From NCBI GenBank assembly GCA_038245295.1, contig JBBRSP010000001.1, positions 32,001 to 96,000 on the forward strand: DNA of 64,000 bases, in the 5' to 3' direction. This stretch comes from Candidatus Binatia bacterium. Its GTDB lineage: Bacteria; Desulfobacterota; Binatia; HRBIN30. The notes below the pieces were generated by a model that did no database searches, was not told the origin of the DNA, and saw only the letters and a program-made list of their open reading frames with translations. Of this stretch, positions 57,289 through 64,000 are shown one piece after another; position 1 is the stretch's first letter, and each line of letters opens with the position of its first letter. The position numbers and the translations under genes are program-made.

Positions 57289-57906
57289 TCAATGTTGCGC
57301 GACCAGCTTTCCGAAATTTGCCAGGATTTTGAGCCCGACCGCCTGGCTCTTCTCCGGGTGATACTGTGTGGCAAAAACGTTGTTGCGATACACCGCCGAC
57401 GTGAACGGCGCGCCGTAATCGGTGCTGGTGGCGGTGAGCGTCTCGTCGCTCGGCTGCACATAGAAGGAGTGCACGAAATAGACGTAGGCTCCGTCGTCGA
57501 TACCCTCGAGGTGCGGCACCGGCTGGGTTTTGCGGATCTGATTCCACCCCATGTGCGGCACTTGCAGACCGGGCTGGTCGCGAAAACGAACGACGCGCCC
57601 GGGGAAGATGCCAAGACCCTTCACCGGACCGAACTCCTCGCTCTCTTCGAAAAGCAGCTGCATACCGAGGCAGATGCCGAGAAACGGCGTGCCGCGATCG
57701 ATCACATGCCGTACGGTGGCGATGAGGCCGTAGGTCTCCAGGTTGTTCATGCACGCGCCAAAGGCGCCGACTCCGGGCAGCACGACACCGGCAGCCGCTT
57801 CGATCTCGGCCGGGTCGCGGCTGACGATCGCGTCGCAACCAACCCGTTCGAGGCCTTTCTGCACCGAGCGCAGATTGCCCATGCCGTAATCGATAATAGC
57901 GATCAT
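57289..57906 (-). CDS. hisH: IGP synthase glutamine amidotransferase subunit
   Basis: DYGMGNL, LGICLGMQ, PHMGWN, QYHPEKS. Confidence 0.96.
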   Translation of the reverse strand: MIAIIDYGMGNLRSVQKGLERVGCDAIVSRDPAEIEAAAGVVLPGVGAFGACMNNLETYGLIATVRHVIDRGTPFLGICLGMQLLFEESEEFGPVKGLGIFPGRVVRFRDQPGLQVPHMGWNQIRKTQPVPHLEGIDDGAYVYFVHSFYVQPSDETLTATSTDYGAPFTSAVYRNNVFATQYHPEKSQAVGLKILANFGKLVAQH

Positions 57907-57942
57907 GTTGTCATCCGATGGATCAGTCGGATCCGACTGATC

Positions 57943-58596
57943 CTAGAGCTTGCCCTTTGTCGACAGCACGCCGTGCACGCGTGCATCCACCTGCGTCGCC
58001 TGATCCATGCAGCGCGCGAACGCCTTGAAGGCCGCTTCGATGATGTGATGCGCGTTGCGGCCATGCATCTGGTTGAAGTGCAGGTTCATTGCGGCACTAT
58101 TGGTCAAGGCCAGGAAGAAGTCGTGCACGAGCTCGGTGTCGAAGGTGCCGACGCGCGCCTGCTCGATCTTCAGGTTGTAGCCGAGGAATGGACGACCACT
58201 GAGGTCGACCACGGCATACACGAGTGCCTCGTCGAGAGGGCAGGCGGCATCGCCGAAGCGGCGTATGCCGGCTTTGTCTCCGAGAGCATCGCGCAGCGCT
58301 TCGCCAAGGGTTAGCCCGACGTCTTCCACCGTGTGGTGTTGATCGACGGCCAAATCACCAGTGGCTTTGATGCTCAGATCGAAGAAGCCGTGGCGCGCAA
58401 ATGCATCGAGCATGTGGTCGAGGAAGGGGATGCCGGTGTCGATCGCTATGCGACCACTGCCATCGAGCTTGAGCTCGACCGTGATCTCCGTCTCCTTGGT
58501 TGAGCGGACCACCTTGGCGCTGCGCCCCTTTTCGCGCGGGCGTACCGCGACCGGCGGCCGTGCCGCGGATCGTGTCGTAGTCTTCACGCGTGCCAT
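57943..58596 (-). CDS. hisB: Imidazoleglycerol-phosphate dehydratase
   Basis: TGIPFLDHML, HHTVED, NAHHIIE, STKG. Confidence 0.96.
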   Translation of the reverse strand: MARVKTTTRSAARPPVAVRPREKGRSAKVVRSTKETEITVELKLDGSGRIAIDTGIPFLDHMLDAFARHGFFDLSIKATGDLAVDQHHTVEDVGLTLGEALRDALGDKAGIRRFGDAACPLDEALVYAVVDLSGRPFLGYNLKIEQARVGTFDTELVHDFFLALTNSAAMNLHFNQMHGRNAHHIIEAAFKAFARCMDQATQVDARVHGVLSTKGKL

Positions 58597-58613
58597 ACTT
58601 CGCGTCTCCTTCC

Positions 58614-59924
58614 TCAACCTCGGGCGGCGGGGGCAAAACGCACTCGCACTGCCGCGGCGTGCGCGTCGTAGCCTTCGAGCCCAGCCAATGTCTCTACCGT
58701 TGGCGCCAATCGCTCAAGCCCTTTGCGCGTCGCCGTTACCACGCTCGTGCGTTTCAGGAAGTCGTAGGTCCCGAGCGGCGAGAAGAAGCGTGCCGTGCCG
58801 CCGGTCGGCAGGACGTGATTTGGCCCGGCCACATAGTCGCCGAGCGGCGCCGGGGAATACGGCCCGATGAAGATGGCTCCCGAGTTGCGCAGGCGCGGCG
58901 CCACCGCCTCGGCATTCTCCACCATCAGCTCCAGGTGCTCCGGGCCAACCTCGTCGGCTAGCACCACGGCCTCGTCGATGTCGCGTACGAGGACCAGTGC
59001 ACCGCGATGCTTCAAGACGGCGGCGATATCCTTGCGGCGCGGCAGCAAGGCGAGCTGGCGCGCTAGTTCGGTCTGCACCGCGATCGCCAGCGGCCGCGAG
59101 GTCGTCAGCAACACGGCGCACTCGTCGCCGCTGCCGTGCTCCGCCTGGGCCAACAGGTCGGCGGCGACGAAACGAGGGTTGGCGGTGCGATCGGCGATCA
59201 CCAGGACCTCGCTCGGGCCGGCGATCTTGTCGATGTCGACGACGCCGTAGACGATCTTCTTGGCGGCCTGTACCCAGGCATTGCCGGGGCCGACGATCTT
59301 GTCGACGGGCTGGATGGTCTTTGTTCCGAAGGCGAGGGCGGCGACGGCTTGGGCGCCGCCGATCTGGTACACCGCGTCGACTCCGGCAATGGCGGCGGCC
59401 GCGAGCACGGCGGGGTTGAACTCACCCTGACCGCGCGGTGACACCATGATGACTTCGTCGACGCCGGCAACCCGCGCCGGAATGGCGTTCATCAACACCG
59501 ACGACGGATAGGCCGCATGGCCGCCGGGGACGTACAAGCCGACGCGCCGCAACGGCGAGATTTGCTGGCCGAGCTTCAGACCGACGGGATCGCGATAACT
59601 CCACGAGCGCGTCAGCTGTTTCTTGTGATACGCGGCGATGCGTTTGGCGGCGAGGCGCAAGGCGCGCAGCGCCGCTGGGCTTGTCTGCTTCGTTGCCTCG
59701 GCGATCGCCGCGTCGCTGACGCGCAGGGTCTTGGGTGTCAGCTTGAGATGGTCGAAGCGCTGCGTCAGCTCGATGACGGCTTTGTCGCCGCGACGGCGTA
59801 CGTCTTCGACGATGCGGCGCGCCTGATCATCGACGGCGGCGCTGCCTTGCGCGCCGCGGTCGCGAATCGAAGCAAACTGCCGCGAGAAATTCCTGTCCTG
59901 CGTGTTCAGTATCCGGATCAACAT
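58614..59924 (-). CDS. hisD: Histidinol dehydrogenase
   Basis: [37 protein letters not shown]. Confidence 0.96.
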   Translation of the reverse strand: MLIRILNTQDRNFSRQFASIRDRGAQGSAAVDDQARRIVEDVRRRGDKAVIELTQRFDHLKLTPKTLRVSDAAIAEATKQTSPAALRALRLAAKRIAAYHKKQLTRSWSYRDPVGLKLGQQISPLRRVGLYVPGGHAAYPSSVLMNAIPARVAGVDEVIMVSPRGQGEFNPAVLAAAAIAGVDAVYQIGGAQAVAALAFGTKTIQPVDKIVGPGNAWVQAAKKIVYGVVDIDKIAGPSEVLVIADRTANPRFVAADLLAQAEHGSGDECAVLLTTSRPLAIAVQTELARQLALLPRRKDIAAVLKHRGALVLVRDIDEAVVLADEVGPEHLELMVENAEAVAPRLRNSGAIFIGPYSPAPLGDYVAGPNHVLPTGGTARFFSPLGTYDFLKRTSVVTATRKGLERLAPTVETLAGLEGYDAHAAAVRVRFAPAARG

Positions 59925-59928
59925 CTCA

Positions 59929-61191
59929 CTACCCTTTTCGTTCCTTGACCCGCCGGATGTCTGCCCCGAGGGCCGACAGCTTGGCCTCGATGCCGGCATA
60001 GCCGCGATCGAGATGATAGATGCGCGATACTTCGGTCGTGCCTTCGGCCGCAAGGCCGGCGATTACCAGGCAGACACTGGCGCGCAGGTCGGTGGCCATC
60101 ACCGGAGCGCCGCTCAGGTTGGTAACCCCGCGCACGACGGCGGTGTTGCCCTGGATCTTGATGTCGGCGTTCATGCGACTGAGCTCCTGTACATGCATGA
60201 AGCGGTTTTCGAAGATGGTCTCGGTGACGACGGAGGTGCCGTTGGCGAGAGTCAATAACGCCATACTCTGGGCTTGCAGGTCGGTCGGGAAGCCAGGGTA
60301 GGGCATCGTCTTGATGTCGATGCTGCTCAGGCGGCGATTACCGGTGACCCGCACACCGTCTTGCCGTTCGTCGACGTCGGCGCCGGCCTCGCGTAGTTTC
60401 TCGATCAAGGCGTTGAGATGATCGGCGCGGGCACCGCGCACGAACACGTCGCCACCCGTCGCGGCCGCGGCGATCATGAACGTTCCCGCCTCGATGCGGT
60501 CCGGGCAGACCGTGAAATCGGTGCCATGCAGTTCCGCCACGCCTTCGATCGTGATCACCGCTTCGCCGGCACCGTGGATCTTTGCGCCCATCGAGATGAG
60601 CGCGTTGGCCAGGTCGACAACCTCGGGCTCACGGGCCGCTTGTTCGATGCGTGTAACGCCGTCCGCTAGGGCCGCCACCATCATGAGATGTTCGGTGGCG
60701 CCCACCGACGGAACCTCGAGGTAGATGGTCGCACCGTGCAGGCGTTCCGCCTCCGCCTCGGCATAGCCGTGCACGAGGCGCACCGTTGCGCCCATTTTCT
60801 GCAGCCCGTCGAGGTGCAGGTTGACCGGACGACTGCCGATCGCGCAGCCACCCGGTGTCGAAACTCGCGCTCTGCCGTGCCGCGCCAGCAAGGGGCCGAG
60901 GACGAGAAACGAGGCGCGCATCGTCTTGACGAGATCGTAGGTTGCCTCGAGGCGCGCCAAGCGATCGGCACAGATCTGCACGACGTCGCCGTCACGCTCG
61001 ACGGTGGCGCCGAGATCCTGCAGCAGCCGCTGCGTTGTGCGCACGTCGACGACGTTCGGAACATTGCGAAAGGTGCAGGGCTCACGCGTCAGCAGCGACG
61101 ACAGGAGAATCGGCAGGGCGGCGTTTTTGGCGCCTTCGACGGTGACGTCGCCCATCAGGCGTTTGCCGCCACGAATTAGAATCTGGTCCAT
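59929..61191 (-). CDS. murA: UDP-N-acetylglucosamine 1-carboxyvinyltransferase
   Basis: [35 protein letters not shown]. Confidence 0.97.
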   Translation of the reverse strand: MDQILIRGGKRLMGDVTVEGAKNAALPILLSSLLTREPCTFRNVPNVVDVRTTQRLLQDLGATVERDGDVVQICADRLARLEATYDLVKTMRASFLVLGPLLARHGRARVSTPGGCAIGSRPVNLHLDGLQKMGATVRLVHGYAEAEAERLHGATIYLEVPSVGATEHLMMVAALADGVTRIEQAAREPEVVDLANALISMGAKIHGAGEAVITIEGVAELHGTDFTVCPDRIEAGTFMIAAAATGGDVFVRGARADHLNALIEKLREAGADVDERQDGVRVTGNRRLSSIDIKTMPYPGFPTDLQAQSMALLTLANGTSVVTETIFENRFMHVQELSRMNADIKIQGNTAVVRGVTNLSGAPVMATDLRASVCLVIAGLAAEGTTEVSRIYHLDRGYAGIEAKLSALGADIRRVKERKG

Positions 61192-61194
61192 GTT

Positions 61195-62055
61195 CTACCA
61201 ACGCGCCCGTAACAGCCGCGGCAGGCCGGCGTAATCCTTCACGACCGTAGCGTCTCGACAGCCTGCGTCATGTGCCAAAGCGAGGACAGCTGGTTCCTGG
61301 TCGCAGCCGATCTCCATCAACAGCCAGCCGCCGGCCACGAGATACGATGGTGTCGCGGCGACCAGGCGACGAATGACGTCGAGACCGTCGGCTCCACCAT
61401 CGAGGGCGAGGCGCGGTTCGTACGACAGCTCCCGTTGGCCGCCATCGATCGCCGTCGACTCGACGTAGGGCGGGTTGCTGGCGATGAGGGTGAAGCGCTG
61501 CCCGACAACCTCGTCGAACAGGTTGCCGCACGCGAATCGAATGCGATCGGAGACGCTGACGCGTTCGGCGTTGCGGCGCGCAACCGCGACGGCGGCCGGA
61601 GAGATGTCGCTTGCCGTCACTGCAACGCCGGGTAGCGCATCGGCCAGGGTAATGGCGATACAACCACTGCCGGTGCCGATATCGCAAAGCGACTCGATGC
61701 CGCCGAGCTCCAGTGCCTGTTCGATCAACAGCTCGGTTTCGGGGCGTGGGATGAGCACGTCCGGTGTGATCTCGAAATCGAGCGACCAGAATTCCTGATG
61801 ACCGCGCAAGTATTGCAGCGGCACGCCTTGCGCGCGCTTCTCGAGGAGGGCCTCGAAGCGACGGTGGTCGGCTGGGGTGATGGGCGAGGTGAGTCGCACA
61901 TGCATGGCGCTGCGATCGAGGCTGCAGCTTTCGGCGAGCAGCAGCTCGGCGTCGAACCGCGGGTTGTCGACACCGACCTCGGCGAGGCGTTGCGTCGCCG
62001 TGTCGAGCACGGTGGACAGTGTCGTCGCGGCTTCGTTTGTCGACGGGGTCTGCAT
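61195..62055 (-). CDS. prmC: Release factor glutamine methyltransferase
   Basis: VLIPRPETE, DIGTGSG, SNPPY. Confidence 0.95.
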   Translation of the reverse strand: MQTPSTNEAATTLSTVLDTATQRLAEVGVDNPRFDAELLLAESCSLDRSAMHVRLTSPITPADHRRFEALLEKRAQGVPLQYLRGHQEFWSLDFEITPDVLIPRPETELLIEQALELGGIESLCDIGTGSGCIAITLADALPGVAVTASDISPAAVAVARRNAERVSVSDRIRFACGNLFDEVVGQRFTLIASNPPYVESTAIDGGQRELSYEPRLALDGGADGLDVIRRLVAATPSYLVAGGWLLMEIGCDQEPAVLALAHDAGCRDATVVKDYAGLPRLLRARW

Positions 62056-63122
62056 CAGTCCGCCGACTTGAGTGCCTCGGCCTGATAGTGGGTGTTGAGT
62101 GCGTCGATCACCGGCTCGAGCTCGCCCTCGACGACGCGATCGAGCGAGTAGATGGTCAAATTGATGCGGTGGTCGGTCAGGCGACCCTGCGGGAAGTTGT
62201 AGGTACGGATACGTTCCGAACGATCGCCGGTGCCGACCATGCTGCGGCGATTCTCGGCCACCTCGGCATGTTGCGCCGCTTGTGCCTGTTCGAGAAGGCG
62301 CGAGCGCAGGATCTTCAGGGCTTTGTGTTTGTTCTTCAACTGCGACTTCTCGTCCTGGCAGCTGACCACGAGGCCGGTCGGCAAGTGGGTGATCCGCACG
62401 GCCGAGTCGGTCGTGTTGACGCTCTGGCCGCCGGGCCCGGACGAACGGAACACATCGATGCGCAGTTCCTTGACCTCATCGATCTGCACTTCGACGTCGT
62501 CGGCTTCGGGAAGCACGGCGACGGTGACCGTCGACGTATGGATGCGGCCGGAGGCTTCGGTGACCGGCACCCGTTGCACGCGGTGCACGCCGCCTTCGAA
62601 CTTCAGGCGGCTGTAGGCGCCCTGGCCGGCGATCAACGCGATCACTTCTTTGTAGCCGCCGAGTCCGGTCGGACTGGCGCTCATCATCTCGACGCGCCAG
62701 CCGCGGTTCTCGGCGTAGCGGCTGTACATGCGGAACAACACGCCGGCAAACAGGCTTGCCTCGTCGCCACCGGCGCCGGCGCGAATTTCCAAGATGATGT
62801 TGCGATCGTCGTTCGGGTCTTTGGGCAGGAGTAGGCGCTTCAGCTCGACATCGAGCGCCTCGAGCTGCTCGCGCATGCCAGGTAGCTCCGCTTTGGCGAG
62901 CTCGCGGATCTCGGCGTCGCCCGCGTCGAGAAGCTCCTTGAGGCCGTCGATCTCAGCCGAGAGCTTTTTCCAATCGCGATAACGCGCCACGATCGCTTCG
63001 AGATCGGCGCGTTCCTTGGCGAGTTTGGCGAAATCTTTCCGGTTGCCGAGCAACGACGGATCGGAGAGGGCCGCTTCCAACTCCGTGTAGCGGTGCTCGA
63101 CATCTTCCAGCTTGTTCAGCAC
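62055..63122 (-). CDS. prfA: Peptide chain release factor 1
   Basis: PVT motif (RVPVTE), [16 protein letters not shown]; likely GTG start 63122. Confidence 0.96.
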   Translation of the reverse strand: MLNKLEDVEHRYTELEAALSDPSLLGNRKDFAKLAKERADLEAIVARYRDWKKLSAEIDGLKELLDAGDAEIRELAKAELPGMREQLEALDVELKRLLLPKDPNDDRNIILEIRAGAGGDEASLFAGVLFRMYSRYAENRGWRVEMMSASPTGLGGYKEVIALIAGQGAYSRLKFEGGVHRVQRVPVTEASGRIHTSTVTVAVLPEADDVEVQIDEVKELRIDVFRSSGPGGQSVNTTDSAVRITHLPTGLVVSCQDEKSQLKNKHKALKILRSRLLEQAQAAQHAEVAENRRSMVGTGDRSERIRTYNFPQGRLTDHRINLTIYSLDRVVEGELEPVIDALNTHYQAEALKSAD

Positions 63123-63187
63123 GGCAGGACCGCTCCCAGTTCCACACGCCGCACGCCGCAATCGCCCGGTCGCGCCGGGATCCGGAC

Positions 63188-63224
63188 AAAAGAAAAGGGC
63201 GCGGGAGGTTTACTCCCTCGCCCT
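63188..63224 (-). terminator. Rho-independent terminator after rpmE
   Basis: AGGGCGAGGGAG..CTCCCGCGCCC followed by TTTTCTTTT on the minus strand. Confidence 0.7.
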
Positions 63225-63263
63225 CCTCGATCGGACCCATAACCGACCGCAATCGTGCGGCGG

Positions 63264-63497
63264 CTAGTTCTCGGTGACAGGCTCGGCAGCCGGGGCAGTG
63301 CCTGTCTTGTACTTGCGATTGAAGCGCTCCACACGCCCCGCTTGGTCCATGAGCTTTTGCTTGCCGGTGTAGAACGGATGGCAATTTGAGCAGATTTCAA
63401 CATGGATCTCAGGCAGCGTCGAACGCGTCTCAATCGTGTGGCCGCAGGCGCAAATGATCCTGCTGGCGACGTAATTGGGGTGTATACCTTCTTTCAT
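63264..63497 (-). CDS. rpmE: 50S ribosomal protein L31 (Zn-binding type)
   Basis: [23 protein letters not shown]. Confidence 0.96.
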   Translation of the reverse strand: MKEGIHPNYVASRIICACGHTIETRSTLPEIHVEICSNCHPFYTGKQKLMDQAGRVERFNRKYKTGTAPAAEPVTEN

Positions 63498-63616
63498 AAG
63501 CTTCAACTCCAATCGGGAGCGCAGCGGTTAGCAGCGGCTATCGGTTCTCGCAACCCACTGCGGGTTCTACGATCGAGGACTGCAGGGACTGCACGGGCTT
63601 CAACGACTGTAACGAC

Positions 63617-64000
63617 TCAGGATCCGAGAGAGCGGACTGCCGCTACGGCGCGGCGCCAGCCCTGATAGAGCGATTCGCGTTGCTCGGGGCGCATCTTGGG
63701 GCGGAAAACGCGCTCGGAGCGGCGCACGCGATTGAGCTCGCGCTCGGTTTTCCAGATGCCGGCCCCGAGGCCCGCGAGCAGGGCGGCGCCGAGGGCGGTG
63801 GTTTCGATGACGTGTGGGCGATCCACCGTCGTGTTGAGCAGATCAGCCTGGAATTGCATGAGAAAGTCGTTGGCGACCGCGCCGCCGTCGACTCGCAGGC
63901 CGGTGAGTGGTCGGCCCGACTCGGCGACCATGGTGTCGACCAGGTCGCGGGTCTGGTAGGCCATCGACTCGAGCGTCGCACGCACGACGTGGGCTCGTTC
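63617..64000 (-). CDS. glpK: Glycerol kinase, 3' end (partial)
   Basis: RATLESMAYQ, LRVDGG..NDFLMQFQAD, ETTALGAA. Confidence 0.9.
   Translation of the reverse strand, partial: ERAHVVRATLESMAYQTRDLVDTMVAESGRPLTGLRVDGGAVANDFLMQFQADLLNTTVDRPHVIETTALGAALLAGLGAGIWKTERELNRVRRSERVFRPKMRPEQRESLYQGWRRAVAAVRSLGS

Overview
GC-rich bacterial chromosome segment. Gene style and order suggest a diderm 'deltaproteobacterial'-type lineage, possibly Binatota; this is inference only. Housekeeping genes include polA, an ECF sigma/anti-sigma pair, bamD, nrdJ with two NrdR-like boxes and divergent dciA, gltA, rlmD, moaC, trxB, the rpmE-prfA-prmC-murA-hisD-B-H-A-F block, the 3' end of glpK, tRNA-Gly(GCC) and tRNA-Cys(GCA). 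Between them lie many lineage-specific envelope genes. No CRISPR array, integrase, intact transposase or prophage was seen. Most notable: (1) a sulfur-relay operon (ThiF/E1 - ubiquitin-like MoaD/CysO - CysM - second ThiF - sat) whose two E1-like genes carry complementary halves of the active site. One has the P-loop, SNLxRQ and catalytic Cys but no N-terminal RYxRQ arginine finger; the other keeps RYSRQ but has lost the catalytic motifs, as in eukaryotic heterodimeric E1s. (2) Two tandem Cys-rich, Pro/Thr-stalked surface proteins share an apparently unnamed C-terminal sorting signal ([21 protein letters not shown]). (3) A sigma54-type promoter precedes an unannotated 49-aa ORF and a protein made of two IS630-type DNA-binding modules with no DDE domain. 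Smaller oddities include an in-frame NUDIX-CDGSH fusion with an internal RBS, a GH1 lacking both catalytic motifs, and a probably inactive PD-(D/E)XK protein coupled to bamD.
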